Positions 21,026 through 31,726 of a DNA stretch of 64,000 nucleotides are shown in pieces. Position numbers and translations under genes: made by a program. This stretch comes from Candidatus Obscuribacteraceae bacterium (GTDB taxonomy: Bacteria; Cyanobacteriota; Vampirovibrionia; Obscuribacterales; Obscuribacteraceae), in the NCBI GenBank assembly GCA_044229845.1, contig JBGASG010000003.1:454518-518517 (forward strand), given 5' to 3'. Under the pieces are notes generated by a model, which made no database searches, had not been told where the DNA came from, and saw only the letters and a program-made list of their open reading frames with translations. The first letter of the stretch is position 1. Every line of letters begins with the position of its first letter.

Positions 21026-21801
21026 AAGGGCCAAGCAGTCGGTTCGCGTACAACCAACTTCGATAGATCGTCGCAAAAGTCTTGATAGTCTTTGTCGACT
21101 GTCGCCACCGCTGATGCCAGTTGCGCTTGTTTCGCCAGATAGGGTTCGTATTCGCTGGTGCGCTTGGCACGTTTCTCATCGGGCTTACGGTGCGGCTTTT
21201 CTTCCCTTGTCGCAAGATCCAGCAGAGAAATCATCCAGCCTGGAAGAAGCGACGTTCGGCTGCGCATCTCCTCCTTTTCCTTGCGTCCGAACCATTGCAC
21301 CATTTTTTGCGCGAGTCCATTGTCTTTTAGCAGCGCTTGCCCGCTTTTCCAGATGGCGCGGAGCGTCTCACCGACTACCGAGTTACCCAGATGCAATCGC
21401 GAATCAGCGACCTTTCTAAAAATCACTCGTCCTCGACAAGTCATGAAGCTCGAGCTTGAACTAGATACTGCAAATTCAACGCCTTTGATGGGCTTCTGTT
21501 CAATTCCGAATGCTTGCGCCAACTCGCGCCCTGAGGATCTGATTGTTTTGCCGAACGCTTCCGCCTTGACGTTCGCGATTTCCCCTAACGACGGCCAAGA
21601 TGTTTTGGCTTTCGAAAAACCGAACGTCTTTCTATACACACCGCGCGCCACTCGAATGACGAATTCCAAGTCGACCAGACGGCGCATTATCTGATCGATA
21701 GTCGAACGCTTGCCCAACGAAAGCAGCGATTTCGTAGCGAACACTTTTCCTTCAGGCATCTTCGCAACCGCACGTTTCACACGGCTCATGGTTTGGCCCA
21801 T
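20989..21801 (-). CDS. DUF6088 / AbiEi-like winged-helix protein
   Basis: GKVFATKSLLSLGKRSTIDQIMRRLV...IRVARGVY; strong AGGAGG RBS. Confidence 0.7.
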   Translation of the reverse strand: MGQTMSRVKRAVAKMPEGKVFATKSLLSLGKRSTIDQIMRRLVDLEFVIRVARGVYRKTFGFSKAKTSWPSLGEIANVKAEAFGKTIRSSGRELAQAFGIEQKPIKGVEFAVSSSSSSFMTCRGRVIFRKVADSRLHLGNSVVGETLRAIWKSGQALLKDNGLAQKMVQWFGRKEKEEMRSRTSLLPGWMISLLDLATREEKPHRKPDEKRAKRTSEYEPYLAKQAQLASAVATVDKDYQDFCDDLSKLVVREPTAWPFYFRQLARAATG

Positions 21802-21926
21802 CTTTCTTCCTCCTACGTGGAGAGCTATATCTCTTAAACGTAGGACGACGGCAAAAAGTTCAATCCAAATCGTGATCTGTGGATTAATTCGATGTGGCGC
21901 CGGCTCTGGCTCCGAATTTCACAACT

Positions 21927-21950
21927 AGCGAAAAACACTAGAAGTTCGCC
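21927..21950. repeat. 24-bp palindrome copy
   Basis: AGCGAAAAAC-ACTA-GAAGTTCGCC. Confidence 0.65.
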
Positions 21951-21989
21951 TGCGTGAGCGTCCACGTAACTAGTGCCACCATGACAAAG

Positions 21990-22019
21990 AAAAAACCGGG
22001 ACATAAGTCCCGGTTTTTT
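21990..22019 (-). terminator. intrinsic terminator of ftsZ (bidirectional form)
   Basis: AAAAAACCGGGAC-ATAA-GTCCCGGTTTTTT. Confidence 0.9.
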
Positions 22020-22057
22020 GAGTTTAGTTTGCGATACGCAATTTGCGAGTGCGCTTT

Positions 22058-23209
22058 CTAGCGTTGGCGAGCCCGGAGGAATTCCGGTATGTCGAGAATG
22101 TCGCTCGCCAGCTTCTTGAACTCGGACGATTTTTGCGGGGCTGCAGCAGCGGCTACAGCTTCCGGCACGCGCGGGAACTGTCCGGTTTGCGTTGGCGCCT
22201 GGGCGGATTGCCTGGTGACCATGCGCGGCGGGGCCGCAGTTGCCATGTCGAATCCGGTTGCGATAACCGTGATCAGAACTTCGCCATGCAGGCGCTCGTC
22301 GATGACGGCTCCAAAGATGATGTTGGATTCGTCGGAAACAGCTGAGTACACAACGTTCGCGGCTTCTTGAACCTCGTGCAACGTGAGGTCCGGTCCGCCG
22401 GTGACGGTGAAGATAACTCCGGAGGCACCATCGATGGTGGTCTCCAGCAATGGGCTGTTGATTGCATTGCGAGCAGCTTCGACAGCACGGCCTTCGCCGG
22501 TGGCGCGGCCGACGCCCATCAATGCTGAGCCGGCTGCTTGCATGACTGTCTTGACGTCGGCGAAGTCGACGTTAATCAGTCCAGGAACAGTAATTATGTC
22601 GGATATCGCTTGTACGCCTTGCATCAAGACTTTGTCTGCTTCGACAAAAGCATCTTGCATAGAGGCGCGATGATCAACCACTTCCAGAAGTCTCTGGTTG
22701 GGAATGGTGATCAGCGTATCGACGCGCGCTTTCACTTCCGCGATGCCATCTTCGGCTTGGTTAGCGCGACGGCGGCCTTCGAAGAGGAAGGGCTTGGTGA
22801 CGACGCCCACGGTGAGGGCGCCCAATTCTTTGGCGATTTCGGCAACGATCGGTGCGGCACCAGTTCCGGTACCACCGCCCATGCCGGCTGCGATGAAGAC
22901 CATGTCGGCTCCGACAAGGGCTTCGGCGATTTCTTCATGACTTTCTTCGGCGGCTTTTTGTCCGATTGTCGGATTGCCACCAGCACCAAGTCCACGGGTC
23001 AGCTTGGCACCGATTTGCAAACGGTTTTTCGCTGATGCCAGTTCTAATGCCTGGTGATCGGTATTCGCTGCCCAGAACTCGATGCCGTTCAGTCCGGCGG
23101 CGATCATTCTGTTGACGGCGTTTGAACCAGCGCCACCAACACCAACGACTTTGATGTTAGCCTTGCTCAATTCTTTAATGGCTACTTGTTTTTCGTTTCG
23201 CTCCACCAC
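22058..23209 (-). CDS. ftsZ: cell division protein FtsZ
   Basis: GGGTGTG, NVDFAD, C-terminal [12 protein letters not shown] start after GAGGAG. Confidence 0.98.
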   Translation of the reverse strand: MVERNEKQVAIKELSKANIKVVGVGGAGSNAVNRMIAAGLNGIEFWAANTDHQALELASAKNRLQIGAKLTRGLGAGGNPTIGQKAAEESHEEIAEALVGADMVFIAAGMGGGTGTGAAPIVAEIAKELGALTVGVVTKPFLFEGRRRANQAEDGIAEVKARVDTLITIPNQRLLEVVDHRASMQDAFVEADKVLMQGVQAISDIITVPGLINVDFADVKTVMQAAGSALMGVGRATGEGRAVEAARNAINSPLLETTIDGASGVIFTVTGGPDLTLHEVQEAANVVYSAVSDESNIIFGAVIDERLHGEVLITVIATGFDMATAAPPRMVTRQSAQAPTQTGQFPRVPEAVAAAAAPQKSSEFKKLASDILDIPEFLRARQR

Positions 23210-23537
23210 GACTAAACTCCTCGTGATTAATAGGACGCAAATTGCATTCTCATTGCACTGACGCAAACACGCGTTTCGAGCCAGCGATCATAACGTGATG
23301 CGTGCCGCTCCGATGTGTCTCGACGAGTGAAATCGTAGTTTGTCCGGCGAGCATTTTCAAGATGTCAAAAGTTCGAGGTTGTTAAGCTTCCCATCCGGGA
23401 GTTACCGAAAAATTCGACTTTTCCCGAGTTGCCAGTCCCTTGACTGAATCGGAGCTTTCCCACGGGCGCCCGATATAAGATGAATGGCATGAGACTTTTG
23501 AAATGTAACCGGTTCTAACAGCGACTATATCCAATCG

Positions 23538-24461
23538 CTATCCTTTGGTTATTTGACGAGCGCGCAGTTTCTTCAAGGTCTGCTTATAGTCCGCATTGGC
23601 GGGCTCCAACTTGATCGCAGTTTCTTCACTTTTCACAGCCTGATCGAAGTTCTTCTGCGCACCAAGTGTGATGGCGAGCATGTGATGAGCCTGGGCATAC
23701 TGCGGGTTTAGCTGAATCGACTTTTCGAAGTTCTTACGCGCTTCGTCCAAATATTTCAAGTCCCTCGCTTCGTCGACTTTCGCTGCATCGCCTGCAGGAC
23801 CGGGTTTACCAGCTTTGGCGGCCTGATTCTGATCCAGTTTTGCCTGCACGAAATATCCACTGGCTAGATAGAAATAGGCATCTGAGTCGTTGGGAGCCAG
23901 TTCTATGGCTTTCTTCTCTTCGGAGATTTGGGCTTCGGTGTCGCCTTTTAGCCCCAAGAGCGCACCCAGCTGGCGATGGCAGGCTGCGTGTTTGGGATCC
24001 GCCTTCACCCCCTGCCGGAAAGCCACGATGGCGTCGTCATCGCGCCCCTTCGAATAGTAGGCAATCCCCAACTTGTAGTGATAATCCGCCTGATTCGGCT
24101 CCAGGCGAGTCGCTTCTTTGTATTCGGCAATTGCCTGATCGAGCTGTCGGTTCTGCAGGTAGGCGCGGGCCAGTCCCACGTGCGGTTCGGCATTGTCGGG
24201 CGCCAATCGGGCAGCGTTTTTGAACTGATATATCGCGTCTTCCGCGTTGCGGGCGAGTAGATAGAAATTGCCGAGCTTGATGCGCGTAGTCGGATTGTTG
24301 GGATTGACTTCGACTGCGGCTTTCCACCTGGCAATGGCAGACTGGATATCTTCTTTATCGTCAGCGAACGCTGGCAGTGGGGAAGTGGACAAACCGCACA
24401 AAATCGCGCCTGCCACCAGTTGTACCATCAGCCCGGTGCTCATCCATTTCTTCATTTGCAT
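23538..24461 (-). CDS. exported TPR-repeat protein
   Basis: Signal peptide (MKKWM...PAFA) and multiple TPR units. Confidence 0.85.
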   Translation of the reverse strand: MQMKKWMSTGLMVQLVAGAILCGLSTSPLPAFADDKEDIQSAIARWKAAVEVNPNNPTTRIKLGNFYLLARNAEDAIYQFKNAARLAPDNAEPHVGLARAYLQNRQLDQAIAEYKEATRLEPNQADYHYKLGIAYYSKGRDDDAIVAFRQGVKADPKHAACHRQLGALLGLKGDTEAQISEEKKAIELAPNDSDAYFYLASGYFVQAKLDQNQAAKAGKPGPAGDAAKVDEARDLKYLDEARKNFEKSIQLNPQYAQAHHMLAITLGAQKNFDQAVKSEETAIKLEPANADYKQTLKKLRARQITKG

Positions 24462-24556
24462 TGGTTCGTGTTCCAGCTTGGTTCTAATGCACAAATTACC
24501 GCTATTTTTGCGTTCTCGCTGCTGACGGCAGCCTCGGGATTTGGTCGCGCAGGACG

Positions 24557-24580
24557 CGCGATAAACAACGGTATTTCGCG
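24557..24580. repeat. 24-bp palindrome copy (divergent gap)
   Basis: CGCGATAAAC-AACG-GTATTTCGCG. Confidence 0.85.
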
Positions 24581-24782
24581 TGCTGTCCGCTGGGCTCGTG
24601 TGCTGGCACCTGTGGACCACGCAAGCATTTGCGCAGCGGGATATTGACATGAAAATCAACCCGCCTGCAAGCCAGTCTGGCTCATGTCATGTGCACTAAA
24701 GGCTCAAGCGGCGGGCGCGAAATTGCTATATGCTTGGTACCAGCATCAAGGGAACTCGGGCGAGAAGGGCTCAAATACAGCG

Positions 24783-26078
24783 GTGGATTTATTTAGCGAA
24801 CTTTTCGGGCAGCACGCCGCTATCAATTTCTGGCGCTATATATTCCCGCCAATTTTTTACGCACTGCATGGTTACATAGCCACATGGATGGCGATTATTC
24901 TGCTTTTTCGCCCGTATGAAGCGTGGTACATCCCGGGCACGAAAATTCAGCTGCCCTGGACTCCGGGTATCTTTCCGAAACGGCGGCACAAACTGGCGCA
25001 GGCAGTGGCCGGCACGATCACGACCACATTGCTTACAACCGCCGATATCAAAGCCCAGGCAGAACAATTAGTTACCGAAGAGAACATACAGGCGACCGTG
25101 AGCGCCGTTGTTGACGCGGTTTTATTGGAGTTTCGCGATACGACCAAACTGCACCGGCTGGCTCAGGATATATCCGCACTCAGTCCCGCCTTTCTGCCGG
25201 TAATCGTAGGCACCGCCATTGATGGCGTGCAAACCGGTCAAGATCAGCGCCTGGCCAAAGCCACGGAGAAGATATTCGATCAGGTAGTGCTCTCGGTGCG
25301 CATCTCAAAGGACCAGGCAGACGAACTTTCAGCCCGCGTCATGGAAACATTCGTGACACCGCAGAAGGTGCGCGGCGCTCTACTGACGCTGCTCAGCCCG
25401 CAAAACATCATCGCGCTCGATCAATCGATTCAATCGCATGCCAGCGGACCTTACAAGCTTCTGGCGCGCATGATTGGCGTGCGCAGGGTTTGCAATGAGT
25501 GCAAAAATTTCCTGGAGAAAGAGCCGGATGAGTCCGAAAAAGTCATCAGTGACCTTTTGAAGCGATTTGCCATTCGCGAGCAGATTGCTATCCAGATCGC
25601 CAACTTCGACCCGCGTTCAATGCCGCTGCAGACCATCGCCTCACTCCGGCAGAACGTCATTACTTTCGTTGAAACATTTACCGTTGAACACCGCGACGAC
25701 ATCCTGGGCACGGTCAAGCGACTGGAGGGTGAAGTTGTTTCTTTTATTCAGTCCGGCATCCTGAAATTCAATCCCGAAGCCATTCCAAGGGAATTCGTCG
25801 ACCGCACGAAACGTGACGTGTCGGCATTTGTTTACGGATACCTCAAAACTCAGCTGGGCGGCATGCTTGAGCAGGCAATTCCCAAAATCGGTGTTTATGA
25901 CATCATCGCCCGCAAAATCGAATTGTTCACACCTCAGCAGCTGGAAAACACGGTTAAGCGCATTTGCCAACAAGAACTGCACTGGCTTGAACTACTGGGT
26001 GGAATCATCGGGCTCTGGCTGGGCGTTGTGCAATCGATAGTTAATTTCTTCACTCTCGGCACTCACCCCGGAGGCTGA
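24783..26078 (+). CDS. DUF445 family membrane-anchored protein
   Basis: GYIATWMAIILLFRPY, TPGIFPKRR, ELHWLELLGGIIG. Confidence 0.85.
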   Translation: MDLFSELFGQHAAINFWRYIFPPIFYALHGYIATWMAIILLFRPYEAWYIPGTKIQLPWTPGIFPKRRHKLAQAVAGTITTTLLTTADIKAQAEQLVTEENIQATVSAVVDAVLLEFRDTTKLHRLAQDISALSPAFLPVIVGTAIDGVQTGQDQRLAKATEKIFDQVVLSVRISKDQADELSARVMETFVTPQKVRGALLTLLSPQNIIALDQSIQSHASGPYKLLARMIGVRRVCNECKNFLEKEPDESEKVISDLLKRFAIREQIAIQIANFDPRSMPLQTIASLRQNVITFVETFTVEHRDDILGTVKRLEGEVVSFIQSGILKFNPEAIPREFVDRTKRDVSAFVYGYLKTQLGGMLEQAIPKIGVYDIIARKIELFTPQQLENTVKRICQQELHWLELLGGIIGLWLGVVQSIVNFFTLGTHPGG

Positions 26079-26107
26079 GCGGTCATCTCGCCAGCGCCCA
26101 GCGGACA

Positions 26108-26131
26108 CGCGAAAAACGACAATTCTTCGCG
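26108..26131. repeat. 24-bp palindrome copy
   Basis: CGCGAAAAAC-GACA-ATTCTTCGCG. Confidence 0.9.
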
Positions 26132-26269
26132 CGGCTGTCGAGAAGCCAGGAATCGGTTACATGCAGGTAACCGCCCAAGCGGAATTGAAAGATAGCTTTG
26201 TATAATTCCCTCGGCACCTCATGCCGGTTTGCAGCCGGTCTAGAAATGACGTCTATAACGGTAATCGAA

Positions 26270-29122
26270 ATGGCGGATCACGCCAAAAGTTTTGAATCTT
26301 CAATCGGAAAAGCCACACCGGCGGATTCCATCGTTGTGCGAGGCGCTCGCCAACACAATCTGAAAAATATCAGCGTCGGCATTCCCCGCGGCAAGCTGGT
26401 TGTAATCACGGGTGTCAGCGGCTCAGGCAAGTCGAGCCTGGCCTTCGATACCATCTTTGCTGAAGGGCAAAGGCGGTACGTAGAGTCGCTTTCTGCCTAC
26501 GCAAGGCAGTTCCTGGGCCAAATGGACAAACCAGATGTGGACGCGATCGAAGGTTTGTCGCCATCTATATCTATCGACCAGAAGGCAACCAGTCACAACC
26601 CCCGGTCAACCGTGGGCACGGTTACCGAAATCTACGACTACCTGCGGCTCCTGTACGCTCGCATCGGTATCCCTCACTGCCCGAAATGCGGACAACTGAT
26701 CAACCCGCAGACAATCGACCAGATAGTCGATCAGGTATTGTCGCTTCCGGAAGGAACTAAGATTCAAGTTCTGGCGCCCATCGTTTCCGGACGCAAAGGC
26801 GAATATCGCGAACTTTTCGCCGATTTGAAAAAAGAAGGTTTCGCACGCGTCAAAGTCGACGGCAAAGTATTGCACCTTGATGAGGACGAAATCGCGCTCG
26901 ATAAGCAGAAGAAGCACGATATTCATCTGGTTATCGACCGACTGGTTGTGAAACCGGCTATCCAGTCCCGCCTGGCCGACAGCCTTTCGCTGGGTCTCAA
27001 ATGGGGCAAATCCGTCGTGCTTGTTGATCTGGTCGGCGGCGGCGCCGACAAAGATGACACTACAAGCGGTGCAAACGGAAAACAAATGCTGTTTTCCGAG
27101 CAGTTTGCCTGCGCAGCTTGTAACGTCAGTTTCGCAGAGATTGCGCCGCGTACATTTTCGTTCAACAGTCCGTACGGTGCCTGCGAAGAGTGCCACGGAT
27201 TGGGAGCAACCCACGAAGTTGATCCGTCGTTGATAGTTCCGGACGATACGAAGTCGCTCGCGGACGGCGCCATCTATCCATGGGCGAAAACCGGCAACAA
27301 TTATTACGACCAGATTCTCACTTCGCTCTCCAAACACTACAAGTTTTCCATGGACACACCGTTTCATGAACTGAAGCAAGAGCACATCGAAATTCTCTTC
27401 TACGGCTCGGGCGATGTGCGCGTAAAAATGGCGCACGATTCTTTCGACGGCAAAGAATTTTGGGAGTACAAGAAAGAGTTCGAAGGCATCATCAACAACC
27501 TGAACCGACGCTACGAAGAATCATCCTCCGACCGCGTGCGCTCAGACATCGAACAATACATGAGTCAGCGTCCGTGTTCGCAATGCAGCGGCGCACGGCT
27601 GCGTCCGGAAGCCCTGGCGGTCAAAGTCGGCAAGCTGTCGATTGCAGAGTGCAGCGCACTTTCCGTCGCCGGCGGTGTGGAGTTTTTCCAAAATCTCGCG
27701 GGCACTCTCAGCGATCGCCAGCGCACCATCGCCCATCAGATTTTGATTGAAATCAGAGCCCGCTTGAAGTTCTTGCAAGATGTCGGTCTCGACTACCTGA
27801 CACTGGACCGCCGAGCTTCCACGCTCTCGGGCGGCGAAGCCCAACGCATTCGGCTGGCGACGCAGATCGGCAGCGGACTTTCGGGCGTGCTGTATGTTCT
27901 GGATGAACCATCGATTGGTTTGCACCAGCGCGATAACAATCGACTGATCGCCACACTCAAGCGATTGCGCGATCTGGGAAATACCTTGCTGGTCGTCGAA
28001 CACGACGAGGACACGATCAGACAAGCCGACTACCTCGTAGACATCGGTCCCGGTGCCGGAGTCCATGGCGGCTACGTCGTCGCCGAAGGCACCGTCGATG
28101 ATATCTGTGCCAGCAAAGAGTCGTTGACCGGGGCTTATCTTTCGGGAAGAAAGCAGATTCCCGTGCCGACCAAGCGACGCAACGGCAACGGACACAAACT
28201 GAGAGTGCGCGGCGCCAAGCTCAACAACCTGAAAAACATCGATGTCGAAGTTCCACTCGGTCGCTTCGTAGCAGTGACTGGTGTGAGCGGTTCAGGCAAA
28301 AGCACACTGGTTAACGACCTGCTTTTCACTTATTTGCGGCATAAGTTGCATGGCAGCGTTCCTCATCCGACGGGTCTGCGTGGCGTCGAAGGCATCGAAC
28401 AGATCGACAAAGTAATCGACATCGATCAATCGCCGATCGGGCGCACGCCGCGCTCCAATCCGGCAACCTACACCGGTCTTTTCGATGTGATTTGCCGCGG
28501 CGAGGGCATGAACGAAATCGAAATGAACTTCCTGCCTTCGGTTTTTGTGAATTGCGAAGTCTGCAAAGGCGCTCGGTACAACCGGGAAACGCTGGAAGTT
28601 AAGTTCAAAGGCAAATCGATTTCAGATGTTTTGGACATGACCGTCGAAGAAGGACTGGAGTTTTTCGCCAATATTCCAAAAGCTGTTGCGAAGCTCGCCA
28701 CCATGCATGAGGTCGGTTTGGACTACATCAAACTGGGACAGCCGGCGACCACCTTGTCCGGCGGTGAAGCGCAACGAGTCAAGCTTGCCGAACAGCTTTC
28801 GCGAAGGTCCACCGGCAAGACTGTCTACATCCTCGATGAACCGACAACCGGTCTTTCATTCGCCGACGTCGACAAACTGCTGGTCGTGCTCAACAAGCTT
28901 GTCGAAACCGGCAACACAGTTTTGATCATCGAACACAATCTCGATGTAGTGAAACAAGCTGATTGGATAATCGACCTCGGACCAGAAGGCGGAGACCGTG
29001 GCGGACACATCGTCGGTAAAGGCACGCCTGAGCACATTGCCAGCTTGCCCGAATCACACACCGGTCATTTCCTAAAAACAGTATTGCATGCTCATATGAC
29101 TGGCAGCTCGTCTCCCAGCTGA
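26270..29122 (+). CDS. uvrA: excinuclease ABC subunit A (internal in-frame deletion, see findings)
   Basis: Two GVSGSGKS Walker A, two LSGGEAQR signatures, LDEP. Confidence 0.97.
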   Translation: MADHAKSFESSIGKATPADSIVVRGARQHNLKNISVGIPRGKLVVITGVSGSGKSSLAFDTIFAEGQRRYVESLSAYARQFLGQMDKPDVDAIEGLSPSISIDQKATSHNPRSTVGTVTEIYDYLRLLYARIGIPHCPKCGQLINPQTIDQIVDQVLSLPEGTKIQVLAPIVSGRKGEYRELFADLKKEGFARVKVDGKVLHLDEDEIALDKQKKHDIHLVIDRLVVKPAIQSRLADSLSLGLKWGKSVVLVDLVGGGADKDDTTSGANGKQMLFSEQFACAACNVSFAEIAPRTFSFNSPYGACEECHGLGATHEVDPSLIVPDDTKSLADGAIYPWAKTGNNYYDQILTSLSKHYKFSMDTPFHELKQEHIEILFYGSGDVRVKMAHDSFDGKEFWEYKKEFEGIINNLNRRYEESSSDRVRSDIEQYMSQRPCSQCSGARLRPEALAVKVGKLSIAECSALSVAGGVEFFQNLAGTLSDRQRTIAHQILIEIRARLKFLQDVGLDYLTLDRRASTLSGGEAQRIRLATQIGSGLSGVLYVLDEPSIGLHQRDNNRLIATLKRLRDLGNTLLVVEHDEDTIRQADYLVDIGPGAGVHGGYVVAEGTVDDICASKESLTGAYLSGRKQIPVPTKRRNGNGHKLRVRGAKLNNLKNIDVEVPLGRFVAVTGVSGSGKSTLVNDLLFTYLRHKLHGSVPHPTGLRGVEGIEQIDKVIDIDQSPIGRTPRSNPATYTGLFDVICRGEGMNEIEMNFLPSVFVNCEVCKGARYNRETLEVKFKGKSISDVLDMTVEEGLEFFANIPKAVAKLATMHEVGLDYIKLGQPATTLSGGEAQRVKLAEQLSRRSTGKTVYILDEPTTGLSFADVDKLLVVLNKLVETGNTVLIIEHNLDVVKQADWIIDLGPEGGDRGGHIVGKGTPEHIASLPESHTGHFLKTVLHAHMTGSSSPS

Positions 29123-29140
29123 GTTGCATCCTCAACAACA

Positions 29141-29164
29141 CGCGAAAAACTTCTGTTTCTCGCG
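29141..29164. repeat. 24-bp palindrome copy
   Basis: CGCGAAAAAC-TTCT-GTTTCTCGCG. Confidence 0.9.
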
Positions 29165-29294
29165 TGCGTCTGCGAGCTTGCCGCGAGATGACTCCCCGCT
29201 GATTAGAGGTAACTAATGTTGAGCCAGAGAGCTGTGAATCGCTCAGTTATTGTGGCGTTTCCGATAACATGACAGCTACAAGCCGTGGCTTGCC

Positions 29295-29834
29295 ATGACC
29301 TCCCGTCCTGGAATAGAAGCTGTGTCAGATAACGACCGAGATCAGAAGCCCGGAATCACCACTGAGGCAGACAACCTGCAACCGGTTTATGACAGTCTGC
29401 GCAAGCGCGGGCATCGCATCACAACTCAGCGCGAAACAATTTTGCAGATCTTTCGTGAGCAGCCTGACGGCACGCACCTTTCCGCTGAGGAGCTCTATCA
29501 AAAACTTTTGGAGCGCGGCTCCAATGTCAGCCTGGCAACGACCTATCGGACACTGAAGCTCTTGTCCACTCTTGGTCTCCTGCGCGAGCTTGATTTTGCC
29601 GAAGGGCACAAGCACTACGAGCTGAAGCAGGACAAAGAACCGCATCAGCACATAATCTGCATCGGATGTAATACCGCCATCGAATTCGAAGACCACTTCC
29701 TCGAGGAAGCCGGGCAGAAAATCGGCGCACGCTACAACTTCGATGTCATTGATGCCCAGTTCAAAATCTTTGGAATGTGTCCTCAATGCAAGCAAAACAA
29801 ACACTCGCCGAAGCGAAAGATGGACAAAATCTGA
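29295..29834 (+). CDS. Fur family transcriptional regulator
   Basis: HLSAEELY, SLATTYRTL, HQHIICIGC, GMCPQC. Confidence 0.93.
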   Translation: MTSRPGIEAVSDNDRDQKPGITTEADNLQPVYDSLRKRGHRITTQRETILQIFREQPDGTHLSAEELYQKLLERGSNVSLATTYRTLKLLSTLGLLRELDFAEGHKHYELKQDKEPHQHIICIGCNTAIEFEDHFLEEAGQKIGARYNFDVIDAQFKIFGMCPQCKQNKHSPKRKMDKI

Positions 29835-30025
29835 CCGTCGTTGCCTTCGATAACGACGAAGTCGTAGTCCAGGCGCTGCGTTTCGGCATCGATGAAGGCA
29901 GCCAGATTCGTGTTCAGAAAAACATCCCGGGCGGTCCGGTAGTTATCAGCAAACATCACCTGGAAATTGCCATCGGCCGCGAAATCGCGCGTGCTATCGT
30001 AGTTTCAGTGGCTACACCTGAATAA
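29777..30025 (+). CDS. feoA: FeoA family protein
   Basis: ALRFGIDEGSQI, GGPVVI, EIAIGREIARAIVV. Confidence 0.85.
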   Translation: MSSMQAKQTLAEAKDGQNLTVVAFDNDEVVVQALRFGIDEGSQIRVQKNIPGGPVVISKHHLEIAIGREIARAIVVSVATPE

Positions 30026-30071
30026 CCAATTGGTCAGACGCAACCGACCAAGAGCATTCAACCAAGCAGCG

Positions 30072-30413
30072 ATGTCCTACGAATATCTCAAATGCCCGGA
30101 ATGCGCATGCCCGCTGGATCCTCCTTCGGGATATACAGCACGCGTCGCTTGCCCACGCTGTAACACTTGGGTGGAAGTCGATTCTCAGTGCTCCAGCAAC
30201 TGTTTTAGTTGTCAGAAATCGCCAAAAGCCAGTACGGCGCACTCTTGCGCCACTTCGCTCACCCTCGAGGAATCGGGGAAAGGCTGCACGACAACCGGGT
30301 CCGGGTCTTCAACCACTTTGCATAAACAAGCAAAAATGGGCTGGCTATCGCGCTTTCAGCGAATTCTGGGTAAGATTAGAACAGAAGAGAAAACAATCCA
30401 GGATCTGAAGTAA
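30072..30413 (+). CDS. small Cys-rich putative metal-binding protein
   Basis: CPECAC...CPRC...CSSNCFSC. Confidence 0.65.
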   Translation: MSYEYLKCPECACPLDPPSGYTARVACPRCNTWVEVDSQCSSNCFSCQKSPKASTAHSCATSLTLEESGKGCTTTGSGSSTTLHKQAKMGWLSRFQRILGKIRTEEKTIQDLK

Positions 30414-30532
30414 ATATCACCAAGAAATGCGTTTTAGTAGTGGCTTGGATGAGGTATTAAGCAGAAGGATGATTTCAGGGTTGTCGCTCGACTTGCGGCG
30501 CCGCTGATGAACAATGGGAGCCCGATGAACGA

Positions 30533-31618
30533 ATGCCACCGCTAAACCCCTGGAAAGTAACCGGGTATAAGCCAGGCCAGAACGTGGTCTGCAAGATTGT
30601 CGCGCCGGAAATGGGCGGTTATGCGGTCACCATCCCCAAAGACAATCTGCCAGGATTTTTGCCGACCGACCAGAAACTGAAAGTGGGAGAAGAAGTTCTT
30701 GCTCAGTTTGTCTGCGTAAACGGCAACCGCGTCCTGCTCCAGCCGAAGATGTCCGCCAGTTCTCTCAACGCTCGCGACTACAAGCCTGGTGCCCAGCCCG
30801 CCATAAGCTGGGAACAGCAGCTCAACGATCCCGCGGCTCAGCAACAGATTCCCGGCAATCCGGCCACCGCCCCCACATCCGCTTCCTCAGCTTCGGAAGC
30901 GGCTTTCAACGTCTGGGCCCAGAACGACAAGCCAAAGTTCAGGCTGAGACGTGCCATCGACCTGATTCTGCCGGCTGTGAACGGCGAAATGCCGAGCAAG
31001 TTCAAAATTGGAGACGCCGATCTGGAGTGGCTTCTCACCGACCTGGAAGGCGGCATGCGCACGGGCTGCGTCAAGGCGTTCTCAGAAGAGAAAAAGTCGC
31101 GCGCTGCGGTGTTGCTGTACAGAGGCCGCGCAGTTGGCTGCATCTACGGCTGCAAGACGATGACGGAGCCTCAACCGACCGAGCCATCGCTTTCAATGAT
31201 GCTGGCAGACATGAAACTGCCAAATACCGAAGTGCTGATCTATGACCTGCCCGAAGAGGTCACACTGGCAATGTCAGCCCTGTTTTTGGGCTACCCGGTG
31301 GAACGCAAAGACACGCTGGACGCTCGCTCCTACCTCGACTATATCGTCGACTGGCTGCACGGCAAACAACTGACGGCCTGCCTGGCATTTTCCCTCCCTT
31401 CCATCATGGGCACCTGCCTTGGTTTCATCCACCAGGGCAACTTCGTCGGGTCGTTCTATGTCGAAGAACAGAAATTCTCACGCGACATATCCTTCGTCCA
31501 CGAGTTGATTTCGCAGGACAATGCAACCAAGGTCGAAGCTTCGATCCTGCCGCCAGAAATGACATCCAGCTCGGTCCGCTTTGGGTTCAGCCTGAGCATG
31601 GCAGTGCCACGCGGCTAA
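30533..31618 (+). CDS. hypothetical protein: N-terminal S1/OB-like domain plus two DUF4388/PatA_N-like repeats
   Basis: YKPGQNVVCKI..GGYAVTI..GFLP..LKVGEEV (S1-like); RTGCV..LLYRGRAVG and LTACL..FIHQGNFVG. Confidence 0.6.
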   Translation: MPPLNPWKVTGYKPGQNVVCKIVAPEMGGYAVTIPKDNLPGFLPTDQKLKVGEEVLAQFVCVNGNRVLLQPKMSASSLNARDYKPGAQPAISWEQQLNDPAAQQQIPGNPATAPTSASSASEAAFNVWAQNDKPKFRLRRAIDLILPAVNGEMPSKFKIGDADLEWLLTDLEGGMRTGCVKAFSEEKKSRAAVLLYRGRAVGCIYGCKTMTEPQPTEPSLSMMLADMKLPNTEVLIYDLPEEVTLAMSALFLGYPVERKDTLDARSYLDYIVDWLHGKQLTACLAFSLPSIMGTCLGFIHQGNFVGSFYVEEQKFSRDISFVHELISQDNATKVEASILPPEMTSSSVRFGFSLSMAVPRG

Positions 31619-31652
31619 TCGCCCGGTCACGCTACGGCAGCAGGAAACGCCA

Positions 31653-31676
31653 CACGCAAACCGTTGGTGTTTCGCG
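31653..31676. repeat. 24-bp palindrome copy (degenerate)
   Basis: CACGCAAACC-GTTG-GTGTTTCGCG. Confidence 0.6.
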
Positions 31677-31726
31677 CGTGCATCTGCTGATGCATTCAGA
31701 CGCACCGCCGAACATCGCTGCCAAGA

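Noticed and set aside
22058..23209. ftsZ outside a dcw cluster as a novelty
   Set aside because: Dispersed division genes are common in this broad lineage, and the protein looks canonical.
27711..27718. Cyanobacterial HIP1 (GCGATCGC) enrichment
   Set aside because: Only scattered occurrences were noticed, with no visible over-representation.
26108..29164. Palindrome core (RAAC-N4-GTTY) as a LexA SOS box because copies flank uvrA
   Set aside because: The core resembles GAAC-N4-GTTC, but most copies are downstream of non-repair genes and in convergent gaps where an operator would have no promoter to control.
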